DNA from: a virus
Lineage: Duplodnaviria > Caudoviricetes
Length of the DNA: 64,000 nt
Direction: 5' to 3' (one strand)
IMG/VR virus record: IMGVR_UViG_3300028805_000074
Location: 32,001 to 96,000 of that record
Made by a program: the position numbers and the translations under genes. Positions 19,691 through 29,145 of this stretch are shown in pieces (position 1 is the first letter of the stretch; each line of letters opens with the position of its first letter). The notes under the pieces were generated by a model, which saw only the letters and a program-made list of their open reading frames with translations, did not search any database and was not told the DNA's origin.

Positions 19691-20079
19691 AAACAAGAGA
19701 ACAGTTGGAGAAATGCCGACGCCCGTGGCCAGTGGCAGTGGTGGCGGCGATGAAGGAGTATGGTGGCGACGATATGGATTTTGAGCCGACTGTGGTAGAG
19801 GACGACTACGGAGTGTACTCCACGGGCTTCTTCCAGTGGAAAGGCAAGGAGATATTCATTACCATCGACGCTGGGCTATGGCACCTGTCGGCATCAACGA
19901 ACCACACTATTGGTTACTACGAGTTGAAGGAGCTGCGTTACGAGTTCATGCCAAACGCCATGTTCGTGGCACAGATATTCCCTCCACGCGAAGAGTTTGT
20001 GAACCTCGACCAGAACTGCTTCCACCTCTGGCAACTTGCACCGGGAGCCTACGCAGACTTTCCTGGTGACTCTGAATAA
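19687..20079 (+). CDS. conserved phage hypothetical protein
   Basis: WHLS...FPPREEFVN...CFHLW pattern. Confidence 0.7.
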   Translation: MKTREQLEKCRRPWPVAVVAAMKEYGGDDMDFEPTVVEDDYGVYSTGFFQWKGKEIFITIDAGLWHLSASTNHTIGYYELKELRYEFMPNAMFVAQIFPPREEFVNLDQNCFHLWQLAPGAYADFPGDSE

Positions 20080-20129
20080 TTTTTAATCAATTTCCCTGCG
20101 CAAGCAGGCTTAAAACAAAACAGCAAACA

Positions 20130-20513
20130 ATGGAACAGACAGGAACAATCATCCAAGTCATGCCGCCACAGAGCGGCGTAAGTCAACGGACCGGCAACCA
20201 GTGGATGTCACAGGAGTATGTGCTGGAGGTGCCGGGGCAGTACCCCAGGAAGATGGTCTTCCGAATCTTCGGCGAAGACCGCATCAAGCAATTCAATCTT
20301 CATCAGGGCGAGCAGAACGTGACGGTGCAGTTCGACATCGACGCCCACGAGTACCAGGGCCGTTGGTTCAACGAGATCAGAGCCTACAACGTCATCCGTC
20401 CCTACGTCGGCCAGCCCGCCCCGCAAGCCGCCGCACCGCAGCCCACGTCGCCAGCCCCCTTCCCACCGCCACAGCCCGTATCGCAGGACGGCACGGACGA
20501 TTTACCATTTTGA
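20130..20513 (+). CDS. DUF3127 family protein (Bacteroidetes SSB-like OB fold)
   Basis: GVSQRTGNQWMSQEYVLE..QYPRK...FDIDAHEYQGRWFNEIRAY; C-terminal DDLPF. Confidence 0.88.
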   Translation: MEQTGTIIQVMPPQSGVSQRTGNQWMSQEYVLEVPGQYPRKMVFRIFGEDRIKQFNLHQGEQNVTVQFDIDAHEYQGRWFNEIRAYNVIRPYVGQPAPQAAAPQPTSPAPFPPPQPVSQDGTDDLPF

Positions 20514-20621
20514 ACAAGTTCAAGAAATTGCTTGGCGCTCGGCAGTCTGAAAGCGAGCTTTCGACTGCTCTCGCTTAGCGCAACATTTTAACGACAACGG
20601 ATTACACTAATTAAACGGATT

Positions 20622-20846
20622 ATGGCAAAGAGAGTAATTGTAACACTGACCTATGTGGCAGACGTGGACGACGATTTGGAAACCGACTATATCCACGAAC
20701 GGCTGGAGGACTATATCGACCAGCGAATCAACATGGATATCTACGACTGGGAGGGTGAGGACTCGTGGCTTGTCCCCCTGCAACTGCAACAGATGCAGAC
20801 AAGCATCGGTGGCAACACAATGGTAACAGTACAAAAGACGGATTAA
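20622..20846 (+). CDS. hypothetical acidic protein
   Basis: ORF in operon. Confidence 0.6.
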   Translation: MAKRVIVTLTYVADVDDDLETDYIHERLEDYIDQRINMDIYDWEGEDSWLVPLQLQQMQTSIGGNTMVTVQKTD

Positions 20847-20858
20847 ACAGAACAACCA

Positions 20859-21335
20859 ATGAAGACAATTTACATTTCTGGCAGCATTACAAACAATGCT
20901 ACAGGTCAGCCACGAGAGGGCTGGCAGAAGGACTTTCTGGACGCAGAGGCAAGGCTGCGGGCGATGGGATTCTATGTGATTAACCCCGTGGACATTGCGC
21001 GGGAGGTGGAGGATGCGCTCAGGTGGCGGTACTACCACGTCGGCGGGCCGTGCTCATGTAACGGCGAGCCGGAGAAGCCGAGCCGTGCCGACTACATCAT
21101 GGCCTGCCTGCAGCGGATGCAGATGGCTCACGAGGCGGACGCGCTGCATGGCGTGTATGTCATCGGCGACAACGTGGCGTGCTACGAGTCGCGTGGTGTG
21201 CAGATGGAATTGTCGCTGGCCGAGGTGCTGGGTATTCCCATCTATGCCGAGTGCCGCACCGACTGCCGCGTGGATCATAACATCGTCGCCCTGCCAGGTG
21301 AGGGCGGCATCGAGGAATTGTTAAAGGAGGAGTGA
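20859..21335 (+). CDS. DUF4406 family (nucleoside deoxyribosyltransferase-like) protein
   Basis: IYISGSIT...F..AE..L...VINP...SRGVQMELSLA. Confidence 0.78.
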   Translation: MKTIYISGSITNNATGQPREGWQKDFLDAEARLRAMGFYVINPVDIAREVEDALRWRYYHVGGPCSCNGEPEKPSRADYIMACLQRMQMAHEADALHGVYVIGDNVACYESRGVQMELSLAEVLGIPIYAECRTDCRVDHNIVALPGEGGIEELLKEE

Positions 21336-21489
21336 CCTATGAGTACAGTAATCGGACGAAAGTGCAGGACGTGTGGCTACTCATGTGGACTGGATCAGTA
21401 CCACCTATGGTGTCATTGGCTTGGCAGACCACGCAAGAAGAACGCCACAGAGTGTGAAGACGGATATAAACCAAAAGAAGAATAAGACT

Positions 21490-22026
21490 ATGGCAAAGAT
21501 TGAATTAAGACAGGAAGATCTTGACTTCCTGAAGGAACTGCAGCACGAACTGCTGACGCAGGACAACGACGGAACCGCCGACCCGCTGTATTGGGGCGTG
21601 ATGGAGGAAGAGACCGTCGGAGTGCCTGACGGTTGCGGCGACCCCATCATCTACATGGGCGACGGCGTGACGATGGACGTTGACGAAGCGGTGAAGTATA
21701 TCGAAGAGGGATATCTGAAAGACCTCGACGAAGCGAACCGTGAGGAATGGAACGAGAACACGGACAAGGGTTGCATGGATGATGTGGTGTACTTTATGAA
21801 CAACGTGCTCGACTGGCGGGATGTCCGCATTGTGTGGCAGGAGAAGCAGGAGGTCATCAGCCGCGAGACGGGTGCCTTCCTCACCAAGAGGGCTTGTAAG
21901 GAGTATATTCAGAAATGCGGCTACAACCACACGAACCCGCACACCTACGCCATGTGCGCCTACCGCAACTACGAGCTTGACCGTCTGCTGAAGATATTGA
22001 AGACAATGAAATTTGAGGAGGACTGA
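21490..22026 (+). CDS. conserved phage hypothetical protein
   Basis: LLTQDNDGTADP...FLTKRAC..Y...N.YN...HTY pattern. Confidence 0.72.
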   Translation: MAKIELRQEDLDFLKELQHELLTQDNDGTADPLYWGVMEEETVGVPDGCGDPIIYMGDGVTMDVDEAVKYIEEGYLKDLDEANREEWNENTDKGCMDDVVYFMNNVLDWRDVRIVWQEKQEVISRETGAFLTKRACKEYIQKCGYNHTNPHTYAMCAYRNYELDRLLKILKTMKFEED

Positions 22027-22029
22027 CGT

Positions 22030-22284
22030 ATGACCAAAGAAGAAATTGAAATCGGCAAATGCTATTCTTGCAAGGACGATGCGCTCTATAAAGTCGTCGC
22101 CACGGGAAAGGACTGGGTGTGCGTCCTGCACTACTCTTACAACCATTGTGTATGTACGGCTGAGTTTCACGACTACGAGTTCTTCAAGGACTTGCAGGAA
22201 GAGACTGAACAGTGGATGTACGACATCTTCTGCGGCTTGCGGCTGAATAAGAAATGGGATTATCTGACCAACAAGGAGGACTGA
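22030..22284 (+). CDS. hypothetical protein
   Basis: flanked by repeated GGAGGACTGACGTATGA junctions. Confidence 0.6.
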   Translation: MTKEEIEIGKCYSCKDDALYKVVATGKDWVCVLHYSYNHCVCTAEFHDYEFFKDLQEETEQWMYDIFCGLRLNKKWDYLTNKED

Positions 22285-22287
22285 CGT

Positions 22288-22857
22288 ATGAGAGGCAAGC
22301 AATGGACTTTTGTGAGACCTGCCAAGGAGGGCGGCGTCATCAGGTTTCTGAACAGCAGCGGCGAGACGTTCGGCGCAAAGTATCAGGCACAGAAGTGGCT
22401 GCACGAGCACGGCTACAGCTACGGCTCGACGGACCTGAGCCCCTACGTGCCGGCGATGAAGGGCGAGCGGTACGACCTGCCGCAGAAGCTGCACAACTTC
22501 GACCGGGAGGACCTGAAGCGGGTGGACGCCGTGATGTTCTCCTACGACTACCGCGACGGCTGGGTGGAGGTATGGCTGGTGGAGTGGATGGAGATGCTCG
22601 ACCTGGTGCTGACCTACCAGTGGTTCGACATGATAGACCGTGGCGAGAAACGGGAGGAGTACCGCCGCATCTGCGACTACTGGACGAAGCGCCTCGCTGG
22701 CAAGCACTACACGCACATCCGCTTCCGCCGTGGCTACACCGGCCGCACGGCGATATTCCGCTACGAGGGATTCCGCGAGGGCACGGGCAATGCCGACTGG
22801 GGAGCCCCGGCGAACGAGCGGGTGTATATCCTGCCGATTGGCGAAAGGTATAAGTGA
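22288..22857 (+). CDS. two-domain protein with C-terminal ASCH domain
   Basis: LDLVLTYQWFDMIDRGEKREEYR is the ASCH GxKxxExR motif. Confidence 0.75.
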   Translation: MRGKQWTFVRPAKEGGVIRFLNSSGETFGAKYQAQKWLHEHGYSYGSTDLSPYVPAMKGERYDLPQKLHNFDREDLKRVDAVMFSYDYRDGWVEVWLVEWMEMLDLVLTYQWFDMIDRGEKREEYRRICDYWTKRLAGKHYTHIRFRRGYTGRTAIFRYEGFREGTGNADWGAPANERVYILPIGERYK

Positions 22858-22883
22858 TAAGAATATTAAAAGGTAAACGAATT

Positions 22884-23504
22884 ATGATAGGACATCCATT
22901 TTTGACAGCGATTGGCGACTGGGTAATGGTCGCACTGAAAGACGACGGCACTCCGGTTGGTATCGGCGACAAGCCTGCCCGCGTTGAAGTCTGCGAGGTG
23001 ATAGGCATCGTCGAGGAAGAACGTGGACTGATGGTGCACCTTATCGGTGAGAACGACGAGAAGTTCAAGGTGGGGTATTACAACATCCGCCACATAAGCA
23101 TCAGCGACGAAGCGCTGCAGGCTTTCGGCTTTGAGCCGTGCGACGGCGACAAGTACGCTTCCGACTGGCTCTTCGACACGCACCGCTGGCGGCTCGACTG
23201 CCGCAATGTGGGCAACCCTGAGCTGGGCTACTTCTATATCTCTTGGAATACGGACAATATAGAACTTGGTCGCTCGTACCGCATCATCTGCCGTGACTAT
23301 GGCGACGACATGAGTCTGCTGGAGGATACGATAGCCGAGTTGCAGCACTTCTTCTTCCGCTACAACAGCGAGTGGCCGATGCCGATGGAGTACAAAGGCC
23401 GTTCGCATTTCAAGACGACGAAGCGGCACGAGCCGTCGGCAGGTCCCATCTTCGAGGCGATCGGTATAGACAAGAGACTGATTGGAATGGAGGACAGCGT
23501 ATGA
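22884..23504 (+). CDS. Bacteroidetes phage hypothetical protein
   Basis: IGDWV N-terminus, L..FGF and ..ELQH motifs; paralogous to 27668. Confidence 0.6.
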   Translation: MIGHPFLTAIGDWVMVALKDDGTPVGIGDKPARVEVCEVIGIVEEERGLMVHLIGENDEKFKVGYYNIRHISISDEALQAFGFEPCDGDKYASDWLFDTHRWRLDCRNVGNPELGYFYISWNTDNIELGRSYRIICRDYGDDMSLLEDTIAELQHFFFRYNSEWPMPMEYKGRSHFKTTKRHEPSAGPIFEAIGIDKRLIGMEDSV

Positions 23505-24133
23505 GCGACGAAGAAAGAATGTCAAAGGCAATGGAGGTGTTCAGGAACTACACGCCGGACTTTGACAACCTGAAGATATGGGACAACAAGGGGCAGGTAT
23601 CAACTGTCAAGGATATGTTAAAGAAGTTGTACCGCCGACCGAAGCCATACGAGTGGTACCGCCGCGACCTGAATCGCAAGCGACCGCACCGCAAGCAGGG
23701 GCGTAACCTATACAAGGGAATACAGGCCTACCGCCAGCGTGTCGGCCAGCCCGTGCCGTCGAAGAAGGGGCTCGGATTCCGTGGCGTGGCTCGGCTGTAT
23801 GACTATCTGCGCATCCGCGTCATCCACGATCACCCCGAAATGGCGGAGCGATGGCCAGACCTCTACACCCGCTACATGTATCTGCGCTTTCCACCGCTGG
23901 AGTTCAGAAACAAGATTTTGAATGATTTCGTTACACCTCAAAAGCCCAGTCGCGGCATCGACCTTTCACGCTACGGAATAGCGAAGGACGCCTGGATCCG
24001 GCTGCCTGCCGACAAGAGCCTGTTCGTCACGCCGTCGATATTTACGGCGGGTGCCGACGCCATCAGCCGTGCCGACCCGCACGACGATGCCGTGATGGGT
24101 ATGGCAATGGCGATGCTGAGAGACTCTGAATAA
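23501..24133 (+). CDS. hypothetical protein
   Basis: ATGA overlap, GGAGG upstream. Confidence 0.65.
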   Translation: MSDEERMSKAMEVFRNYTPDFDNLKIWDNKGQVSTVKDMLKKLYRRPKPYEWYRRDLNRKRPHRKQGRNLYKGIQAYRQRVGQPVPSKKGLGFRGVARLYDYLRIRVIHDHPEMAERWPDLYTRYMYLRFPPLEFRNKILNDFVTPQKPSRGIDLSRYGIAKDAWIRLPADKSLFVTPSIFTAGADAISRADPHDDAVMGMAMAMLRDSE

Positions 24134-24195
24134 TTTTAATCTAATTTTTTAATAATTTCCCGACCGGAAGAGAAGGCCAAAAACGAAAAGGATTT

Positions 24196-24612
24196 ATGAC
24201 AAAGGAAGAATTGACGGCCATTGAAAGCCGCATGACAAAAGAAGAGATAATGGAGCGGGCGCGGACGCTGCGACCCGTTGCCGAGTTCAAGGACAAGGGC
24301 GGGATGCGCTTCTGGATGGAGGCCGACCGCATCGCCACCATCGCCTACCTGTGGGACAAGAAGCCCCTCCAGCCGACGGGCTACCTGAAGGAGCTGGGGC
24401 GCATCACGACCTATCATCAGTACGGCCACCCGTCGCTGTTCAAGCCGTCGGTGGATGAGTGCGTCTACCAGTGTCCCTATCCGGAGGCCACTGCCTTTAT
24501 GATAGTCGGCGATGGCGAGTTCGACAGCCGTCTGGAGCGCCACACGGCCACGACCGTGTATTTCTCTGGCGACATTCCCGAAGAGATTATGAACCGAAAG
24601 ATTGAATGGTAG
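24196..24612 (+). CDS. hypothetical protein
   Basis: TYHQYGHPSLFKPSVDEC phage-type motif. Confidence 0.7.
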   Translation: MTKEELTAIESRMTKEEIMERARTLRPVAEFKDKGGMRFWMEADRIATIAYLWDKKPLQPTGYLKELGRITTYHQYGHPSLFKPSVDECVYQCPYPEATAFMIVGDGEFDSRLERHTATTVYFSGDIPEEIMNRKIEW

Positions 24613-24623
24613 GAGGACTAACT

Positions 24624-25031
24624 ATGGCAGACCACGGAACAATATCTTTCGAGAACTCGAAGCGGATGCGGGAGCGTCGGCTGAAGGTGGACGGGCTGGT
24701 GGAACAGGCGGCCTGTGAACGGCAGGCACTCGTCGGCGCACAGCACAACCTGATAAGAGAGATAGTGAAGCAGGAGCGCAGCCACCTGAACAAGCAGGTG
24801 TATGACCTGGCCGAGCGGCAGGGCGTGAGCATCTATGACATCTGCCTGCAGTACATGCCAGAGTATGGCGAGCCGAAGTTTGACTTCGGTGGCGACGGCG
24901 TGAACATGACGCAGGAGGTAAGGCTCGTGCCCATGCCGCTGGAACTGGAGAAGGGCGGCGGCTACTGGAAGGACAAGTATTACCGTCTGAAAGAACACCT
25001 GCAGGAACTAATAGATAACAAGGAGGACTGA
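24624..25031 (+). CDS. hypothetical protein
   Basis: GGAGG upstream of ATG. Confidence 0.65.
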   Translation: MADHGTISFENSKRMRERRLKVDGLVEQAACERQALVGAQHNLIREIVKQERSHLNKQVYDLAERQGVSIYDICLQYMPEYGEPKFDFGGDGVNMTQEVRLVPMPLELEKGGGYWKDKYYRLKEHLQELIDNKED

Positions 25032-25035
25032 ACGT

Positions 25036-25893
25036 ATGAAATGGAATATCAACAGCTGCGACGGGATATATAACTCGTTCGACGTGCATTTCACGTCGGT
25101 GTGCGACAACCGGTGCCGTCATTGTATCGACGCAAAGTATGACGGCAAGGGAATTAAGAAACCGGATGCTCATGCCATCGCTAAGACTATCATCGAGCAT
25201 CAGGAGGGTTTCGAGGACGTGCTGTTCCTCGGCGGTGAGCCGTGCCTGTATCTGTCGGAACTCTGCGACTGTATCCGTATGATTAAGCAGGAAACTCGGC
25301 TAAAATGCTACGTCACGACCTCGGTGCCGCAGACTTGCTTCTACCAGTATCAGAAGTTTCTGGAGATGTCGGAACTGGCCGACGGCGTGAACCTTTCCGT
25401 GCAACACTACCGCGAGGACGTGGCCGACAAGATACGCTGCACCACGTCGTGCTACGACCGCCAGAAGTTCTACTCTGAGTTGCCGCATAAGGAGCGGTTT
25501 CGTATTCACTTGAACATCGTTCGGCCATGGCTCTGCGAGCGTGACGAGATACTGGCCTGTCTGCAGCATTACGACAGCATGGGATTCAACGTTATCAAGC
25601 TATCGGAACTGCAGCGTGCCACCGACAGTTACGCATCATTTGAACAGATTATGGGCATCAAACTCAAATCACCATTTGCTCATGGCTGTCAGACGTGGTT
25701 CGATATGCGTCAGTTCCTGCCAGACTATAAAGGCCGGCTGCTGCTGAAACGCTCCTGCTTCCTGAATGAGGAGACATGCCGCGCCAGTCTGATGGACGGC
25801 ATCAAGGTGTTCCGCAAGTGCCTGGTCCGACCACGGCTGCAGCACTATTCCGTGGTATATGAAGACGGCTCACTCAGCAATGGGTGGGTATAG
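25036..25893 (+). CDS. radical SAM protein, candidate peptide maturase
   Basis: CDNRCRHC CxxxCxxC and LGGEP motif. Confidence 0.85.
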   Translation: MKWNINSCDGIYNSFDVHFTSVCDNRCRHCIDAKYDGKGIKKPDAHAIAKTIIEHQEGFEDVLFLGGEPCLYLSELCDCIRMIKQETRLKCYVTTSVPQTCFYQYQKFLEMSELADGVNLSVQHYREDVADKIRCTTSCYDRQKFYSELPHKERFRIHLNIVRPWLCERDEILACLQHYDSMGFNVIKLSELQRATDSYASFEQIMGIKLKSPFAHGCQTWFDMRQFLPDYKGRLLLKRSCFLNEETCRASLMDGIKVFRKCLVRPRLQHYSVVYEDGSLSNGWV

Positions 25894-25920
25894 TATAAAT
25901 CCTTTAATACATTAACAACT

Positions 25921-26106
25921 ATGTGGACAAGATTTCTTAGAAACATGATGGCGCAACACGCGCTGAAGATGAGCCACTGCTCAACGGGCGGCGGCTATGG
26001 CGGGGCATCACATTGCTCCAGTGGAGAAACATTTTATCGTAAAGTAGGCGCAGGGCACTGTGTCACCTATGAGCCAGTCAACCGAGGCAATGGGCACTGC
26101 GGGTAA
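25921..26106 (+). CDS. 61-aa Gly-rich peptide with four (S/G)HC motifs; candidate RiPP precursor
   Basis: SHC, SHC, GHC, GHCG; 27 bp after the radical SAM gene. Confidence 0.6.
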   Translation: MWTRFLRNMMAQHALKMSHCSTGGGYGGASHCSSGETFYRKVGAGHCVTYEPVNRGNGHCG

Positions 26107-26146
26107 AGAGAAATATTTGTTATTAACAATTTAAACATTTACGATT

Positions 26147-26623
26147 ATGAGATCAAGAACAGCTATTTGGTTTGAGTGCAAGGTCCGCTATGAGAAGGTC
26201 ATGGAGAACGGCTTGCAGAAGAAAGTGACGGAACAGTATGTGGTGGACGCCCTCTCGTTCAGCGAGGCGGAGCAGCGCATCATCGAGGAAATGTCGAGCT
26301 ACATCAGCGGCGAGTTTGAGGTGACGGACGTGAAGAAGGCGACGTACAAAGAGGTGTTTTTCAGCGATTGCGAGACGGAGGACCGCTACTTCAAGGCGAA
26401 GGTGCAGTTCATCACCATCGACGAGAAGACGGAGAAGGAGAAGCGCTCGAACGTGTACTATCTCGTGCAGGCCGCCACGCTCGACGGCGCCGTCAAGAAC
26501 ATCAACGAGGTGATGGGCGGCACGATGATCGACTACGAGAAGTCCACCGTCAGCGAGACGAAGATCCTCGATGTGTTCGAGTACCAGAAGGCGGACAAGA
26601 AGGAGGCTGGCGATGGCGAGTAG
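26147..26623 (+). CDS. DUF4494 family protein
   Basis: WFECKVRYEKVMENGLQKKVTEQYVVDALSFSEAE is the family N-terminus. Confidence 0.85.
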   Translation: MRSRTAIWFECKVRYEKVMENGLQKKVTEQYVVDALSFSEAEQRIIEEMSSYISGEFEVTDVKKATYKEVFFSDCETEDRYFKAKVQFITIDEKTEKEKRSNVYYLVQAATLDGAVKNINEVMGGTMIDYEKSTVSETKILDVFEYQKADKKEAGDGE

Positions 26624-26921
26624 GGTGCCCACGTTCAAGGAGTTCTGGGCGGCGTACCCGCTGCACAAGGACCGGCTGAGGGCGGAGAAGGCGTGGCTGC
26701 GGATGACGGCTGCCGACAAGGCGGCTGCCATCGCGGCCCTGCCCGCCTACACCGCCGACTGCCGCCAGCGCGGCGTGGCATTCCAGTACGCACAGGGCTG
26801 GCTCAACGGCCGCCGGTGGGAGGATGAGATAGAGGAGCCGCAGACGGAAACTCCGCAGACGGAAACTCCACCGCCAGCCGACACCGCCGCCCCCTCGCTT
26901 GCGGACATGGAGACGTGGTGA
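26613..26921 (+). CDS. phage replication-initiator-like C-terminal domain protein
   Basis: FKEFWAAYP...AEKAW...YAQGWLNGRRWEDE. Confidence 0.65.
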   Translation: MASRVPTFKEFWAAYPLHKDRLRAEKAWLRMTAADKAAAIAALPAYTADCRQRGVAFQYAQGWLNGRRWEDEIEEPQTETPQTETPPPADTAAPSLADMETW

Positions 26922-26955
26922 CACAGAGTATTAACAATTAAACGAAACAGAGATT

Positions 26956-27477
26956 ATGGACAAACTGACACCAACAAGAGAAGAGATGCTCGACTTCGCA
27001 AAGATGGCGACTTTCCATCTCGACGACCGCCTCTGCCCGTTCAGCCGCGAAGACTTGCGGGCGGAATCGTGGCTAAACGGCTACTACTTTGCCAAGCGGC
27101 ATCAGAAACCTGCCGAGGAAGAAGAGCAGAACCGGGCTCTCATGCCTGCCGACGTGGAGCATCTGGGCAAGCCGGTGCCCGAAGAGGAGCAACAGGGACT
27201 GGACGGATTCCAGCAGCACGTCGACCATATCATCAACCCCGAGAAGCGCGAGGCCATCGGCTTCTGCAACGTATGCGACGGCCTGCTGTTCCAGGCCCGC
27301 AAGGTGCTGCAAATGGACGAGCAGCAGGAGCAGGCGTACGAGAAGGGCTACGACGAAGCCAGCAGGAAGCTGATAGCCAAGGCTGAGAGCATCATAAGCG
27401 AGGCTCCGGAGGGACTGCTGTCTGAGGACTACATGCTGGGGATGAAGGAACTGTTGGAGAAAATTAAGGAGGACTGA
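26956..27477 (+). CDS. hypothetical protein
   Basis: ORF in operon. Confidence 0.65.
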   Translation: MDKLTPTREEMLDFAKMATFHLDDRLCPFSREDLRAESWLNGYYFAKRHQKPAEEEEQNRALMPADVEHLGKPVPEEEQQGLDGFQQHVDHIINPEKREAIGFCNVCDGLLFQARKVLQMDEQQEQAYEKGYDEASRKLIAKAESIISEAPEGLLSEDYMLGMKELLEKIKED

Positions 27478-27479
27478 CT

Positions 27480-27650
27480 ATGAGAGTAAGAGTAAGAATT
27501 GACGGCTACATCAACGTCGATGACGAAAACGTAACCGAGCAGGAAGTTGAAGAGGCAGTTTATTTCAGCCTCGGAATGGGAAGCATGAGCTTAGACAATC
27601 CTGTTGGCGACCCGGACTGGGACGAAGCAGATGTCGAAGTGGATTTGTAA
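27480..27650 (+). CDS. small acidic protein (56 aa, not in ORF track)
   Basis: hand translation MRVRVRIDGYINVDD...EVDL; AAGGAGG upstream. Confidence 0.55.
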   Translation: MRVRVRIDGYINVDDENVTEQEVEEAVYFSLGMGSMSLDNPVGDPDWDEADVEVDL

Positions 27651-27667
27651 CAAGCATTAAACGAATT

Positions 27668-28570
27668 ATGAAGAAAGAAGAACTATCAATCGGCGATTGG
27701 GTATGGAACGAGTTCAACCATCAGCCGGAGCAGGTGGTGGAACTGAGGGAGCGGCAGGTGATGCTGGCCTACAACGACCTGTACGACTACGACGACATCA
27801 AGCCGCTGACGCCGACGGACTACATGATGCGACGCAACGGATTCACGGAGGACGGAGCACTGCGTCACTGGTGGCGCAAGTACGAGGGTGAGCGTAAAAT
27901 CAGCGTCTATCTGCACGAGGTAATGGGACGCTTCTTCACCTACGACTACTGGATTGACCAGCCCTTCGACATGACACGGCAGACCCTTTTCAGCAGCTCG
28001 ATAAGGGAAATGGGCGACCTGTTCGTCTGCAAGAAGCAGGCACGCAGCCTGACGGCAGGCTGTGCCGACGGCATCCACCTGCTACAGCACGCGATGAACA
28101 GTGCGGGCATCGACTTCGAGTGGGACATGACGCCGGAGCCGAAGCCGGAGAAACAAGAGGAGATAAGCCCCGGCCAGTACGAGTGGATACTCGACATCAA
28201 CACGGCGGCACACATGGCATGGCGCGGACTGCCGCTATATACTGCCGACAAGCGCCGCCCCATCGACGAGTGCCCGACCATCGACACAAGCATGGTGCAT
28301 TGGGTGAAGCAGAGCGACGGCACCTATCTGACGTGGTCGGCACAGCGGCTGATAGACATGCTGCCCGAGCGGCTGAACTACTATCTGGAGAACGACCTCC
28401 GCCTGCAGCACTACCGCCACGGCGACGTGTATGTGGTGAAGTACGAGAGCGACACCCAGATACTGGAGTGCCGCTCGTCGAACCTGCTCGATGCGCTCCG
28501 CAAGATGTACGACCGCCTGCTGCCCGACAGCCACCTGAAATCGCAGATCGACTTCAAGCGGTGGCAGTGA
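27668..28570 (+). CDS. Bacteroidetes phage hypothetical protein
   Basis: ELSIGDWV N-terminus, NGF and HLLQH motifs. Confidence 0.7.
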   Translation: MKKEELSIGDWVWNEFNHQPEQVVELRERQVMLAYNDLYDYDDIKPLTPTDYMMRRNGFTEDGALRHWWRKYEGERKISVYLHEVMGRFFTYDYWIDQPFDMTRQTLFSSSIREMGDLFVCKKQARSLTAGCADGIHLLQHAMNSAGIDFEWDMTPEPKPEKQEEISPGQYEWILDINTAAHMAWRGLPLYTADKRRPIDECPTIDTSMVHWVKQSDGTYLTWSAQRLIDMLPERLNYYLENDLRLQHYRHGDVYVVKYESDTQILECRSSNLLDALRKMYDRLLPDSHLKSQIDFKRWQ

Positions 28571-28641
28571 GCCTTGATGCCCTCGCATACCGCGCACACA
28601 TTATATATATTATACAGCAAACCCACTAAACGAAAGAGATT

Positions 28642-29145
28642 ATGAAGAAGAAGCATAAAGACCTGCAGCCGTGGCTGGACTATTTCGCCATGCTGCGGCG
28701 GCACGAGGAGCAGGGGTTCCTGCACGTGAAGGCGCAGGAGCACGAGGCCTACGTGACGCTGCCGGCACTGCTGGTGCTGGCTGGCATGGACGAGACGGAG
28801 GTAAGGCAGGGTGACATCATGCGCGACGGAATGCGGATGATGCGCCGCTGCACCGCACTGGTGCGCCACCTGCGCACCTACGCCGCCTACCTCGCGGCCC
28901 ACGCCAAGGGCCTCTCGACATTCGACCCCAAAGTGGCCTACGACCCCACGCAGCCCCTGCCAAAGATTCCTGTCGGGCCACTGACGGACTACCTGCGCCA
29001 GCCCTTCGCCTTGAACGTCGTGCAGCCCGACGAGCCGCACGACCCGCTCTTTACCCTGCTCATCGAGACCCGCCGCCCCTGGTGGCGCCTCTGGATGCCG
29101 CACGACCACATCGAAGTAATCACGTATCAGGAGGAGAGAGTATGA
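28642..29145 (+). CDS. hypothetical protein
   Basis: ORF in operon. Confidence 0.65.
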   Translation: MKKKHKDLQPWLDYFAMLRRHEEQGFLHVKAQEHEAYVTLPALLVLAGMDETEVRQGDIMRDGMRMMRRCTALVRHLRTYAAYLAAHAKGLSTFDPKVAYDPTQPLPKIPVGPLTDYLRQPFALNVVQPDEPHDPLFTLLIETRRPWWRLWMPHDHIEVITYQEERV

